The position numbers and the translations under genes are program-made. A stretch of 64,000 bases of DNA. Source: Fidelibacterota bacterium (GTDB taxonomy: Bacteria; Fidelibacterota; Marinisomatia; Marinisomatales; Marinisomataceae). Position 1 is the stretch's first letter. Each line of letters starts with the position of its first letter. The stretch covers positions 60,663 to 124,662 of the forward strand of contig JAOIOW010000003.1 in the NCBI GenBank assembly GCA_028140795.1, given 5' to 3'. Under the pieces are notes generated by a model that made no database searches, was not told where the DNA came from, and saw nothing but the letters and a program-made list of their open reading frames with translations. Below are positions 45,963-56,550 of this stretch, one piece after another.

Positions 45963-47426
45963 TTACTTATCGTGACCCTGATAATTTGGGGCTTCCTTGA
46001 TGATACTTACTTCGTGAGGGTGACTTTCTTTAACTCCTGCAGATGAAATTTCAATAAATTTTTTATTTTCATATAATGACTTTAGATCTTTGGCGCCACA
46101 ATAGCCCATTGAAGATTTTAAACCTCCAATTAATTGGAAGATTGTATTATTAACTGGACCTCTAAATGGAACCATTCCCTCGATTCCTTCTGGTACCAAT
46201 TTTAATTCATCTTTTTCTTGTTGAAAATATCTTTCACCGCCCCCTTCTTTCATTGCAGCTAGCGAACCCATTCCTCTGTAAGACTTATATCTTCTTCCTT
46301 CATAAACAATAGTCTCTCCTGGACTTTCATCCATGCCAGCAAGCATACCTCCAAGCATTACTACATTTGCACCAGCAGCCAAAGATTTTGCAATATCTCC
46401 ACTATACCTAATACCACCGTCTGCAATAATAGGTATTTTGTGCTTTATTCCAACCTGAGCACAGTCCATAACAGCTGATAGCTGTGGTACCCCAACTCCA
46501 GCAATGATTCTTGTAGTGCAACTAGAACCTGCGCCGATGCCAATTTTTACACAATCTGCACCAGCTTTGATCAAATCTTCTGTTGCTTCAGGGGTTGCTA
46601 CATTTCCCGCAATTAAATCTAAATTTGGAAATTCTTTTTTTACCTCTTTAACTAATTTTAAAACAAATTCAGAGTGACCATGTGCTGTATCAACAACAAT
46701 TGCATCTACTCCTACTTTTATGAGTGCTTTAATCCTTTCTTGCCAATCGTCTCTGACACTTATGGCAGCTGCAACTCTTAATCTTCCATTTTTATCTTTA
46801 GTAGAAAAAGGAAATTCTTCTTTCTTGGTTAAATCTTTAACAGTAATTAAACCATCAAGATTATTTTGCTTATCAACAACTAACAATCTTTCAATTCTGT
46901 GTTTTTGAAGAATCTTTTTAGCGTCTTCGTTGCTTGTATCAGAGTCAACTGTAATTAAATTTTTTGAAGTCATTCTATCTTTAACAAGAGTATTAAGATC
47001 AGATTCAAAACGAATATCTCTTTTCGTAATAATTCCAACTAATTTACCTTTTGATAAAACAGGTAAACCTCCAATAGAATATTGTTCCATTAGTTGTTTT
47101 GCATCTCGTACAGTCTTTTCTTCATCTAAAGTAATAGGATTTCTAATCATACCACTTTCATATCTTTTCACCTTATCTACCATTAGAGCTTGATCTTCAA
47201 TACTTAAATTTTTGTGAATAACACCGATACCTCCTTGTCTTGCCAAGGCAATTGCCATATCAGATTCAGTGACTGTATCCATAGCTGCACTCATTATAGG
47301 AATATTTAAAGTAATATTTCTTGTAAGATTAGTAGCGCAATTCACTTCTTTCGGTAAAACAGAGGATCTTCTAGGAACTAATAAAACATCATCAAATGTT
47401 AATTTCTTTTCAACGTTATTTGACAT
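45963..47426 (-). CDS. guaB: IMP dehydrogenase
   Basis: CBS pair insert, '[13 protein letters not shown]' catalytic Cys loop and 'GGIRYSGDI'. GGAGA ribosome-binding site upstream. Confidence 0.97.
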   Translation of the reverse strand: MSNNVEKKLTFDDVLLVPRRSSVLPKEVNCATNLTRNITLNIPIMSAAMDTVTESDMAIALARQGGIGVIHKNLSIEDQALMVDKVKRYESGMIRNPITLDEEKTVRDAKQLMEQYSIGGLPVLSKGKLVGIITKRDIRFESDLNTLVKDRMTSKNLITVDSDTSNEDAKKILQKHRIERLLVVDKQNNLDGLITVKDLTKKEEFPFSTKDKNGRLRVAAAISVRDDWQERIKALIKVGVDAIVVDTAHGHSEFVLKLVKEVKKEFPNLDLIAGNVATPEATEDLIKAGADCVKIGIGAGSSCTTRIIAGVGVPQLSAVMDCAQVGIKHKIPIIADGGIRYSGDIAKSLAAGANVVMLGGMLAGMDESPGETIVYEGRRYKSYRGMGSLAAMKEGGGERYFQQEKDELKLVPEGIEGMVPFRGPVNNTIFQLIGGLKSSMGYCGAKDLKSLYENKKFIEISSAGVKESHPHEVSIIKEAPNYQGHDK

Positions 47427-47546
47427 AAATATCTCCGGGCGTAATTAGTGGAATGGCTTGTGTAACCAACTTTTTAGAACAAAAAGCTTTGACTAAGGTC
47501 AACATTGGACAATTTAACAAAAAAGATAAAAAAAACCAGGATATTA

Positions 47547-48305
47547 TTAAGCCTGATCAAACCTTAGAAAATCATACTTTCTTTTAAAGGAGAAATAGTA
47601 ATACATGTTAAAAAAGAGGAAGTATGAAAGTCCAATAAATGCAAACCAAAATTCCTTAGTGGCAATGAAAATAAACATTATCAAAGGAAGATATTTTTGA
47701 GCGTAAATAATTAATTTTTTTGATTTAAATGCTAAAGAAAAAATTAAAAAAGGTAGGAATACTGCAGAACTTGTAGCGAGGACAGGTTCATTTGAGTTTA
47801 CTGATAACAATAAAACAATAACCGTTAAAGATAGAGCTAAAAATATACTGAAATAACTATCTGATCTGTAAATAACATATAGAATGATATTCATCAAAAA
47901 AAATGCAATCATCATTTTTCCAAAAAAGATGATATCAATCAAAGAGAATAAAGCTAAAAAAAGTAGGAAGTTTGTTTGAAAATCAGACTTTACTGTCCTG
48001 AAAGGACCAAAAGTATCAAATCTTTTCATTAGCCAAAGAAATAATAAAGTATGAAAAAGAATATTTGCTATACCAATCCAGTCTTCTTTAATCATCGAAA
48101 AGACATAATTTGTGTTCAAATTAATTTCCATTGATCTGAAAATAGCAATATCAAAACTCTTAACTAGGTAGTGCTGATATGCAAACATACACCACATTGG
48201 AAAAAACATTTCTAATCTGTCGATAAATTCTTTATCAAAAGATTTAAAAATTTTTTGCAGAAAATTAAACTGATTTGAATCTTCTGGAAAAAGTCTTCTT
48301 ATCAT
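47547..48305 (-). CDS. Polytopic membrane protein, unknown function
   Basis: 252-aa ORF, highly hydrophobic with about 7 helices. No motif recognised. Confidence 0.5.
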   Translation of the reverse strand: MIRRLFPEDSNQFNFLQKIFKSFDKEFIDRLEMFFPMWCMFAYQHYLVKSFDIAIFRSMEINLNTNYVFSMIKEDWIGIANILFHTLLFLWLMKRFDTFGPFRTVKSDFQTNFLLFLALFSLIDIIFFGKMMIAFFLMNIILYVIYRSDSYFSIFLALSLTVIVLLLSVNSNEPVLATSSAVFLPFLIFSLAFKSKKLIIYAQKYLPLIMFIFIATKEFWFAFIGLSYFLFFNMYYYFSFKRKYDFLRFDQA

Positions 48306-48310
48306 TTAAT

Positions 48311-49738
48311 TTATATCCATCCAATTGAGTATAGGAAAACAAGGAAAATAAGTACTGGACAAATATATCTTACAGTGAAACTAAATGCAGACTTAAATCC
48401 TTTTGATTTCACAATTCCATTACCAAAATATATAGAATTTGATTCACCAATTAATAAATTTCTAATAACCTCATCAATGCCCCATACATATCCAGCAAAA
48501 ACTGCTAAGAAAAATCCTCCAAAAGGTAATAGAAGATTTGATGCTAAATAATCAGCAATATCAAAAAATGTAAAGGCTTTATCTTGTAAGTTAAAAGTAT
48601 AGTCAGAAAGAACATTGAATGACAATGCACATGGAATAGCTGCAAGATATACTAAACCAGCCATCATTAATACTGCTTTCTTTCTAGACATTTTCCTCTC
48701 ATCTACTAAATAAGCAACGCTTACCTCTAATATTGAAATTCCAGATGTAACTGCAGCGATAGAGAGCAATAAAAAGAATAAGAATGCAAATATATAGCCT
48801 CCAACTAAGTTTGATAATAATGGTGGTAGTACATGAAACACTAGACCTGGTCCAGCTGTAGGATCATAACCCGACGAAAATACTACAGTGAATATTGCTA
48901 CACCTGCAAAAATAGCAATGACAGTATCTAAAAATGCAACTAAATACGATGCATTAACAATATCGTCTTTGTCAGATAAATAACTTCCGTATGTCATCAT
49001 TGCTCCCATACCTAAACTCAAAGTAAAAAAAGCATGTCCTAAAGCTAGAAGGAATGTCTGGCCATTAATCTTGGACCAATCTGGCTGAAATAAGAATGAC
49101 ACACCTTTATTTGCATCTGGGAGAATTAATCCTTGGACAACCAATATCATCAAAATAAATAACAATATTGGCATAAGAAACTTACTTGCTTTTTCAAGAC
49201 CTGCCCTTACTCCTGATAAAAGAATAAAGACAACAATAGATAAAAATAAAGTATGGTATCCTAAAACCCATAAAGGACTACTATTTCTTAAATTAAAAAA
49301 ATCTCCTGCAGTTGAAGGATTTGCAAATGCTGGAGTATTAAAAGTCCCTACTAACGCTTCATATGTATAAGCCAAAGACCATCCACCAACAACACTATAA
49401 AATGATAAAATGGTAAAACTTGCTAAGACACCCAACGCTCCAACATATTTCCAAAAAGGATTATTTGTAAGCGTTTTAAATGCTCCTACAGGATTTTTTT
49501 TAGTAGTTCTACCTAACAGTATTTCAATGTTAAGAATTGGTAAACCAATCAAAACAATACAAATTAAATAAATAAATAGGAACGCAGCTCCCCCATTTTC
49601 TCCAGCTATATATGGAAATTTCCAAATATTTCCAAGACCAACAGCTGAACCTGCAGCTGCTAAAATGAAACTAGCTTTTGAACTCCATTGCTCTCTATTA
49701 TTTTCCATCAATAACTCCTGTCTCTGATTGCGGATCAT
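48311..49738 (-). CDS. Sodium-dependent transporter, neurotransmitter:sodium symporter (SNF) family
   Basis: 'WSSKASFILAAAGSAVGLGNIWKFPY' is the NSS signature. There is an alternative start at ATG 49708. Confidence 0.9.
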   Translation of the reverse strand: MIRNQRQELLMENNREQWSSKASFILAAAGSAVGLGNIWKFPYIAGENGGAAFLFIYLICIVLIGLPILNIEILLGRTTKKNPVGAFKTLTNNPFWKYVGALGVLASFTILSFYSVVGGWSLAYTYEALVGTFNTPAFANPSTAGDFFNLRNSSPLWVLGYHTLFLSIVVFILLSGVRAGLEKASKFLMPILLFILMILVVQGLILPDANKGVSFLFQPDWSKINGQTFLLALGHAFFTLSLGMGAMMTYGSYLSDKDDIVNASYLVAFLDTVIAIFAGVAIFTVVFSSGYDPTAGPGLVFHVLPPLLSNLVGGYIFAFLFFLLLSIAAVTSGISILEVSVAYLVDERKMSRKKAVLMMAGLVYLAAIPCALSFNVLSDYTFNLQDKAFTFFDIADYLASNLLLPFGGFFLAVFAGYVWGIDEVIRNLLIGESNSIYFGNGIVKSKGFKSAFSFTVRYICPVLIFLVFLYSIGWI

Positions 49739-50135
49739 TTTCTTTAACTATTTTATCAAAATCATCTAGATGTGCCTCAACAACAGAATCTAGAATTCCA
49801 TAAAAATACAATCCAATTGCTATCCAAGCAAAACGATTTCTCTCTCTTAAATAATAATCTTGAGATTTGTCATAACTCTCATTGTAGTCTTTGTATTTTT
49901 TTCTATTTTCGTTAAAACTATATAAAGAAAAAAGTTCAGCAGCAATTAAAGTATATCCCTTGATTTTTTGGTCATTGTATAACTGCCCTACACCGGGAAA
50001 AATCAACGACTTTTTTAATGCTACATTAGGATCTTTTGCTTGTTCTTCTGCAGTTCTAAAATCAATCTTCTGCTGAGAGAAACATAGAGAAATTAGAATC
50101 ATCCCTATGAAAATATTTTTTATTACCCTAAGCAT
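49698..50135 (-). CDS. DUF5683-like exported/membrane protein (tentative)
   Basis: Signal sequence and 'SLIFPGVGQLYN' motif, a resemblance recalled from memory. Confidence 0.5.
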   Translation of the reverse strand: MLRVIKNIFIGMILISLCFSQQKIDFRTAEEQAKDPNVALKKSLIFPGVGQLYNDQKIKGYTLIAAELFSLYSFNENRKKYKDYNESYDKSQDYYLRERNRFAWIAIGLYFYGILDSVVEAHLDDFDKIVKENDPQSETGVIDGK

Positions 50136-50485
50136 TCTACTTCAACGTTTGCTCCCATGGGTAAACCTGCAACTTGAATTGTTGATCTAGCAGGAAATGG
50201 TTCATTTAGCCTTTTTTCAATTTCAGCATTAACCAATGGAGTAATTGACAAATCTGTTAAAAAAACTAAAAATTTTCTAACATCATTTAGAGATTTTCCA
50301 TTATCCGATAAAACAGCTTCAAGATTATCAAAAACTTGTATAACCTCTTCCTCGACACTATTATTGTTCAAAGTACCATTTTCAGGGTCAATCGGAATCT
50401 GTCCTGAGGTTATCCATCCTCCAGAAGATAATTTTCTAAACATTGAGTAAGGCCCAACAGGATTTGGTGATTTAAATTTTGACAT
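50123..50485 (-). CDS. ridA: RidA/YjgF family reactive-intermediate deaminase
   Basis: 'PVGPYS', 'GQIPIDP' and 'PARSTIQVAGLPMGANVEVE' motifs. Confidence 0.85.
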   Translation of the reverse strand: MSKFKSPNPVGPYSMFRKLSSGGWITSGQIPIDPENGTLNNNSVEEEVIQVFDNLEAVLSDNGKSLNDVRKFLVFLTDLSITPLVNAEIEKRLNEPFPARSTIQVAGLPMGANVEVECLG

Positions 50486-50487
50486 AA

Positions 50488-50922
50488 TTACTCCTCGATT
50501 TTACATAAACTTAATGTTGCAAGTCCAATTTCATCATTCATTTTTCGATGAGTTTCATCTCTAAAATCATGAATAATGAATTCTCCAACTGCAGCTACTT
50601 CCATTTCAAATAAGTGCCCCCCAAATACCTCCATATCATGGGTTCCTAGGGTAATGTGAGCATGTAAGAATGGTTTACCATCTTTCAATGCTACATTTCC
50701 TTGAAATGATAATAACTCTAATATTTCATCAAATTTTCTATGAATATAATCTTTTGTATTAATATCGTATGCTCCAATATCAATATTTTTGACTGCTCCA
50801 ATACCTGCTAATTGTCCTGAATGAATATTATTTTCAATACAAAAGCTGGTTAATGTTTCCATAACTTTTTCACCCTTCTCAACATAAACGATGAATGAAT
50901 TATTTAATTTTTGAAATTGCAT
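50488..50922 (-). CDS. PPC (DUF296) domain protein
   Basis: 'GQLAGIGAV', 'LLSFQGNV', 'HAHITL' and 'GGHLFE' match the PPC-domain pattern. Confidence 0.7.
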   Translation of the reverse strand: MQFQKLNNSFIVYVEKGEKVMETLTSFCIENNIHSGQLAGIGAVKNIDIGAYDINTKDYIHRKFDEILELLSFQGNVALKDGKPFLHAHITLGTHDMEVFGGHLFEMEVAAVGEFIIHDFRDETHRKMNDEIGLATLSLCKIEE

Positions 50923-53459
50923 TATATTTCCTCCAAAATACTTAAAATTATTTTTTCAACAACTGCTTTTAAATCATCTGCATTCGTATGAGGTATTCCA
51001 GCCATAGCAAAATCCTCTCTACCTCCGCCTCCGCCTTGAAGTTCTAATGCAATAGATTTTACCAAATCTCCAGCTTTTAAATTTTTAGCAATTAAGTCAT
51101 CAGAGACGCCAACAGATATTGTTGTTTTATTTTCAATTTCAGTAAATAAAAATATTATTCCTGAGTCTATCTTATTTTTAATTTTTTTATTCAAGCTTTT
51201 TAAATCTGAAGCGATTCCTAGCTCAACTTTGCTAAAAAATAAATCAGTTCCATTAATTTCCTTTATTGGTTTACTTGCTATTAAATCAACATTCACACTA
51301 TCAAGTAAAATGGATTGACTTTGCTTTTCTTCTACTTTCTTCTGCTCTGCTTCTTTTTGTAATCCTAGTTCTTCTGATTTTTCCTTTAAATACAAATCAA
51401 CTTGATTATGAGTAATAGCGTTTATTCTTCGAATTCCAGATGATATTGCTTTATCATGCTTGATTTTAAATTTATTAATTTTACCTGTACTTGAAACATG
51501 GGTTCCTCCACATAATTCTTTAGAAAACTCACCCATTGTAACTACCCTAACTTGGTCTCCATACTTTTCACCAAACAATGCAGTAGCACCCTCTTTTTTA
51601 GCCTCTTCCAAACTTTTAATACTTGTTTCGACTGTAATATCTTCGTCTATTTTCTGGTTTACAATTAACTCAATAGATTCTAATTCCTTTGAAGAAATTT
51701 TATTTGGATGGGTAATATCAAACCTTAAATATTCTGGATGAACTAGAGATCCTGCCTGATTTACATGGTTACCTAAAACATCTTTTAACGATTGATGAAG
51801 TAAGTGGGTTGCTGTATGATTCACTTTAATATTATTTCTTCTATCAACGTCTATAATGCAATCTACAGAAAGATTATCACCAATATTGCCATTTGTTAGT
51901 GTGCATATATGTAAAACATAATCTCCATTTTTTTGGGTATCATTGACTCTAGCTGAAAAGTCATCATTCCTAATTATACCTGTGTCGCCAATTTGACCTC
52001 CAGATTCGGAATAAAAAGGTGTATTTTCTAGAATGATTATTATGTCTTCTCCGCTTTCAGCGTGATTTATAATTTTTGAAGAAATACTTTCATTTTCATA
52101 ACCAACAAAAATCGAATGGCTGCTTTTAGTTTCTAAGTTCCATTTTAAATCAAGATTATCCATTTCAAATTTTTGACCAGATTTAGCTAACTCTTTTTGA
52201 TTTTTCATTTCAACATCAAAACCATCTATATCAACAGTCATCTTTCTTTCTTCAGCCATAAGCTGAGTTAAATCAAGTGGAAATCCATAAGTATCATATA
52301 GCTTAAATGCATCTTTCCCATGTATTTCTGATCCAGATGTACTGCTTACAATTTTTTCAAATTGAATAACTCCATTTTCAAGCGTTCGCAAGAATGACTG
52401 TTCTTCTGAAAAAATAGTTTGCTCAATATATTCTTGTTTTTCTTTTAGCTCTGGATAATGAGAAGACATTGTCGAAACCACTGAATCAACCAATTTGTAT
52501 AGAATCGGTTCTTTAATTTCTAAATTCATAGCAAATTTTGAACCTCTTCTCAGAACTCTTCTTACAACATAACCTCTACCATCATTTGATGGAACAACTC
52601 CATCAGCAATTGCAAATGACAGCATTCTTATATGATCACAAATAACATTATATGAAACCTCAAAATCTTGATATTTTGTGTTCGAAAAATTTTCTAAATC
52701 TTCAATCGTTTTTGAAAACAAATCAGTTTTATAATTTGAATCTTTGTTTTGCAATACTGAACAAATTCTTTCAAGTCCTGCACCAGTGTCTACATGTTTT
52801 TTTGGCAAATCCTCCATAGTTCCATCTTTGAGGCGATTAAATTGAATAAATACAAGATTCCATAATTCCCAATACTCTGAAGAATTATTAACCAGCTCAG
52901 CTTGTTGATCTCCTGGATTATTCCCAACATAGTAATGAATTTCAGAACATGGACCACATGGTCCAGTTTCAGCCATTTCCCAAAAATTATCCTTTGCACC
53001 AGAACGAATTATTCGATTTGAATCTATATCTGTTTGATTTTTCCATAAGTCGAAAGCTTCGTCGTCTTCTTCATAAACAGTAACCCATAATCTGGATTTA
53101 TCTAGTTTCCAAACTTTTGTAAACAATTCCCATGACCATTCAATTGCTTCTTTTTTGTAATAATCACCGAATGACCAATTTCCAAGCATTTCAAAAAAAG
53201 TATGGTGGAATCCGTCTCTTCCAACTTCTTCCAAATCATTGTGCTTTCCGCTAACTCTAATGCATTTTTGACTATTTGCTACTCGTAAATCTTTAGGTTC
53301 TTCTGTATTCAAGAAAATTGCTTTGAATTGATTCATTCCAGCATTTGTAAATAGCAAGGACTTATCTCCAATTGGAAGAACCGGTGCACTCGGTACACGA
53401 GCATGACTTTTGCTTTCAAAAAAGCTGATAAATGATTCTCTAATTTGTGAACTTTTCAT
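50922..53459 (-). CDS. alaS: Alanyl-tRNA synthetase
   Basis: 'FTNAGMNQFK', 'GNWSFGDYYK', editing-domain 'HTATHLL' and 'CGGTHV' motifs. Confidence 0.97.
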   Translation of the reverse strand: MKSSQIRESFISFFESKSHARVPSAPVLPIGDKSLLFTNAGMNQFKAIFLNTEEPKDLRVANSQKCIRVSGKHNDLEEVGRDGFHHTFFEMLGNWSFGDYYKKEAIEWSWELFTKVWKLDKSRLWVTVYEEDDEAFDLWKNQTDIDSNRIIRSGAKDNFWEMAETGPCGPCSEIHYYVGNNPGDQQAELVNNSSEYWELWNLVFIQFNRLKDGTMEDLPKKHVDTGAGLERICSVLQNKDSNYKTDLFSKTIEDLENFSNTKYQDFEVSYNVICDHIRMLSFAIADGVVPSNDGRGYVVRRVLRRGSKFAMNLEIKEPILYKLVDSVVSTMSSHYPELKEKQEYIEQTIFSEEQSFLRTLENGVIQFEKIVSSTSGSEIHGKDAFKLYDTYGFPLDLTQLMAEERKMTVDIDGFDVEMKNQKELAKSGQKFEMDNLDLKWNLETKSSHSIFVGYENESISSKIINHAESGEDIIIILENTPFYSESGGQIGDTGIIRNDDFSARVNDTQKNGDYVLHICTLTNGNIGDNLSVDCIIDVDRRNNIKVNHTATHLLHQSLKDVLGNHVNQAGSLVHPEYLRFDITHPNKISSKELESIELIVNQKIDEDITVETSIKSLEEAKKEGATALFGEKYGDQVRVVTMGEFSKELCGGTHVSSTGKINKFKIKHDKAISSGIRRINAITHNQVDLYLKEKSEELGLQKEAEQKKVEEKQSQSILLDSVNVDLIASKPIKEINGTDLFFSKVELGIASDLKSLNKKIKNKIDSGIIFLFTEIENKTTISVGVSDDLIAKNLKAGDLVKSIALELQGGGGGREDFAMAGIPHTNADDLKAVVEKIILSILEEI

Positions 53460-53506
53460 CGATAAAATTGTTTCATATGAATCTAAACAAATAATATATT
53501 CAATGG

Positions 53507-54109
53507 ATGAGAAATAATCTATTAGTAACTATTTTATTTTTAGCTTCCAGTTCTATTATTCTATCTCAAGATTTAAGAATTAAAAATTTGCAAATTGAAT
53601 CAAAAAATAACGGTACAGTTATCCAGCTTGATTCCAACAAGAAAGTAAATCTTGAAAATGTTACTGCTTGGTATTCTTCAGAATGGTTCTACATGACGAT
53701 ATATGATGCTAATGCAGATAGTTTATCTTTAGCTAATTACAAAAATGATTCTTTAAAAAATATTGAAGTTTCAAATAGCGATGAATCTACTCAAATTGCT
53801 GTTCAATTATTTTCAGAGATTGAATCTTTTGAAATAAATACTCCGAACAGAAAAACTTTGCAATTTTTCCTGAGAAATAGTCAATTAGTTGCCAAAAATA
53901 GTATTTCTGTGGAAGATGAAATTGATATTGTTCAAACAGAAGAAAAAACTCCAAAAGAAAAAGATATTATCTATGAAAAAGAGCAACCAAGAAATGCTAA
54001 TAGTAAATTGATAGTCATTGCTGGTTTGATTGTTTCTGCTATAGATATTACAAACTCAACATCTTTTTCAGCTGGAGCATTAATAGCAATAATTGCGAAT
54101 TTCTTATAA
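53507..54109 (+). CDS. Exported protein with C-terminal hydrophobic anchor, unknown function
   Basis: Signal peptide 'LLVTILFLASSSIILSQ' and C-terminal 'LIVIAGLIVSAI...ALIAIIANFL'. Confidence 0.5.
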   Translation: MRNNLLVTILFLASSSIILSQDLRIKNLQIESKNNGTVIQLDSNKKVNLENVTAWYSSEWFYMTIYDANADSLSLANYKNDSLKNIEVSNSDESTQIAVQLFSEIESFEINTPNRKTLQFFLRNSQLVAKNSISVEDEIDIVQTEEKTPKEKDIIYEKEQPRNANSKLIVIAGLIVSAIDITNSTSFSAGALIAIIANFL

Positions 54110-54110
54110 A

Positions 54111-55055
54111 CTAAAGCTTAAGAAATTTGTCAGTGTATTCAAGTAGCTTATTTTTAATACCTTCTTCATAAATTGAATGTCCTGCATCAGGAATAATATG
54201 TAAATCTGCTTCTGGCCATGCTTTATGTAAATCCCAAGCTTGAACAACAGGACAAATTATATCATATCTTCCATGAACTATTACTGCTGGAATATGTCTT
54301 ATTTTATCAACATTCTCGATTAAATAATTTTCAGTTGGAAACCAACAATTGTTCATAAAATAATGGCATTCAATTCTAGCAAACGCTTCAGCAAATGTTG
54401 CATCACCAAAATCAGATATAAAATCATCATCTAAGATGAGCCTAACAGAACTTCCCTCCCATGTGCTCCAGGCTTTTGCTGCTTCAATTTTCTTTTTATG
54501 ATCATCACCAGTTAAAATTTCATAATATGCGCTTAATAAATTATCTCTTTTATGTTCAGGAATTGGTGCTAAATAAGATTCCCATTTATCTGGATAGATG
54601 TTGCTTGCACCATATTGATAAAACCAATCAATTTCTTTCTTACGAACTAAAAAAATACCTCTTAAAATTAAACCTTTGCACGCATTTGGATGTTTTTGAC
54701 TATATGCCAAAGACAACGTGCTTCCCCAACTTCCCCCAAAGACTACCCATTGATCAATTTGAAGATGGCCTCTTATCTTTTCTATGTCTGCCACCAAATC
54801 CCATGTAGTATTCTCTTCAAGTTCTGCAAAAGGAGTGCTTTTACCGCAACCTCTTTGGTCAAACATAATTATTCTCCACTCATCTGGATTAAAATATTGT
54901 CTATAAGTAGAACTAATTCCACCTCCAGGTCCTCCATGTAGAAAAATGACCGGTTTACCATTTTTATTACCTGACTCTTCAACAAAAATTGTATGTAATT
55001 CAGATACTTTTAGATTGAAAGAATTGAACACTTTTGCTTTAGGATATAATTGCAT
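54111..55055 (-). CDS. pip: Proline iminopeptidase
   Basis: 'FLHGGPGGG', 'DQRGCGKS' and 'GGSWGSTLSLAY' motifs. Confidence 0.92.
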   Translation of the reverse strand: MQLYPKAKVFNSFNLKVSELHTIFVEESGNKNGKPVIFLHGGPGGGISSTYRQYFNPDEWRIIMFDQRGCGKSTPFAELEENTTWDLVADIEKIRGHLQIDQWVVFGGSWGSTLSLAYSQKHPNACKGLILRGIFLVRKKEIDWFYQYGASNIYPDKWESYLAPIPEHKRDNLLSAYYEILTGDDHKKKIEAAKAWSTWEGSSVRLILDDDFISDFGDATFAEAFARIECHYFMNNCWFPTENYLIENVDKIRHIPAVIVHGRYDIICPVVQAWDLHKAWPEADLHIIPDAGHSIYEEGIKNKLLEYTDKFLKL

Positions 55056-55144
55056 TTTTTAATTTAATAAAAAATTTTTTTTAATATGAATAAAGTTCTT
55101 GATGAATGTTCTAAAATGCGTAATTTTACGTCGATTTTACTGTT

Positions 55145-56266
55145 ATGAAAATTGGAATTTTAAAAGAACACAAATCTGGAGAAAAAAGAGTGGCCATCGT
55201 GCCATCTACTGTTTCTGCATTATCTAAAAAAGGATATGAATTTTTTCTGGTATCTGATTCAGGATTATTATCAAACTATTCTGATGATGATTACAAAGAA
55301 GCTGGAGCTAAAATTGTAAGCCAAAATGAAGTTTTTGATTGTGACATTGTTTGTAAAGTAAATGCTCCATCAGATGAGGAAGTATCACTTCTAAAATCAG
55401 GAACACTCTTTATCTCTTTATTACAAACAATTAAAGAAATTGATTGTGTGAAAAAATTAGCAGATAAAAAAGTGTCTGCATTTTCTTTAAACCTGCTTCC
55501 TAGAACTACTTTGGCACAAAAAATGGATGTACTTAGCTCTCAAGCTAATATTGCAGGTTATAAAGCAGTATTAATTGGTTCAAATCATATTGGAAAATAT
55601 ATGCCACTTTTAATGACTGCTGCTGGAACAATTTCTCCTGCAAGAACTTTAGTAATTGGTGCTGGAGTTGCTGGATTGCAAGCGATTGCAACTGCTAAAA
55701 GATTGGGATCTCAAGTAGAAGCATTTGATGTAAGACCTGAAGTAAAAGAACAGGTTGAAAGCTTAGGTGCAAAATTCATCGAAGTTGAAAGCGATTCAGA
55801 TGATGGTGTTGGTTCTGGCGGTTATGCATCAGAAACCAGCGATGAATACAAAGCAAAACAGCAAGAACTAATGAAAGAAAGAGTTGGAAAGTCAGATATA
55901 GTTATTACAACTGCATTGATTCCAAATAGACCTGCACCGATGTTAATACCTAAAAGTATGGTTGAAACTATGGCGCCTGGTTCAGTTATTATGGATTTAG
56001 CTTCTGAAAATGGTGGTAACTGTGAATTAACTCAAGAAAATGAAATAGTTAATCACAATGGCGTATTAATAGATGGTAATTCAAACTTACCAAGCACAAT
56101 GGCATATCACTCTAGCCAACTTTTCTCAAAAAATATTGAGGCTATCATTGATCACTGCCATTCAGAAGAAGGATTTAAACTTGATAAAGAAGACGAGATA
56201 ATTGATGGAATGCTATTTATTGAAAATGGTGAAGTCCGACATCAACCAACAAAGGAGTCAATGTAA
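55145..56266 (+). CDS. pntA: NAD(P) transhydrogenase subunit alpha, part 1
   Basis: AlaDH/PNT fold, 'RVAIVP', 'VIGAGVAGLQAIATAKRLGSQVEAFDVR'. Confidence 0.93.
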   Translation: MKIGILKEHKSGEKRVAIVPSTVSALSKKGYEFFLVSDSGLLSNYSDDDYKEAGAKIVSQNEVFDCDIVCKVNAPSDEEVSLLKSGTLFISLLQTIKEIDCVKKLADKKVSAFSLNLLPRTTLAQKMDVLSSQANIAGYKAVLIGSNHIGKYMPLLMTAAGTISPARTLVIGAGVAGLQAIATAKRLGSQVEAFDVRPEVKEQVESLGAKFIEVESDSDDGVGSGGYASETSDEYKAKQQELMKERVGKSDIVITTALIPNRPAPMLIPKSMVETMAPGSVIMDLASENGGNCELTQENEIVNHNGVLIDGNSNLPSTMAYHSSQLFSKNIEAIIDHCHSEEGFKLDKEDEIIDGMLFIENGEVRHQPTKESM

Positions 56267-56547
56267 TGCAAATTGATATTGTTAGCTTAATTACTATTTT
56301 TATTCTTGCAGTATTTGTTGGGAATGAAATTATAAACAAAGTTCCACCTACATTACACACACCTTTAATGTCTGGTTCAAATGCTATTTCAGGAATTGCT
56401 ATTGTGGGTGCAATTCTAGCGATATTAGCAGATGCAGGTGATGCAAGTAAATATATTGGTTTAGCTGCTTTAATTTGTGCTACTATTAATGTTGTTGGTG
56501 GCTTTCTTGTTACAGATAGAATGTTAAAAATGTTTAAAAAGAAATAA
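56266..56547 (+). CDS. NAD(P) transhydrogenase subunit alpha, part 2 (membrane)
   Basis: 93-aa, 3-TM protein with 'HTPLMSGSNAISGI', sitting between the alpha-1 and beta subunit genes. Confidence 0.9.
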   Translation: MQIDIVSLITIFILAVFVGNEIINKVPPTLHTPLMSGSNAISGIAIVGAILAILADAGDASKYIGLAALICATINVVGGFLVTDRMLKMFKKK

Positions 56548-56550
56548 AAA

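Noticed and set aside
47446-47580. A 44-aa plus-strand ORF (MACVTNFLEQKALTK...) in the guaB upstream spacer.
   Set aside because: It has no motif and no ribosome-binding site, and it runs into the 3' end of the opposing membrane-protein gene. It is more likely just the promoter/5' UTR of guaB.
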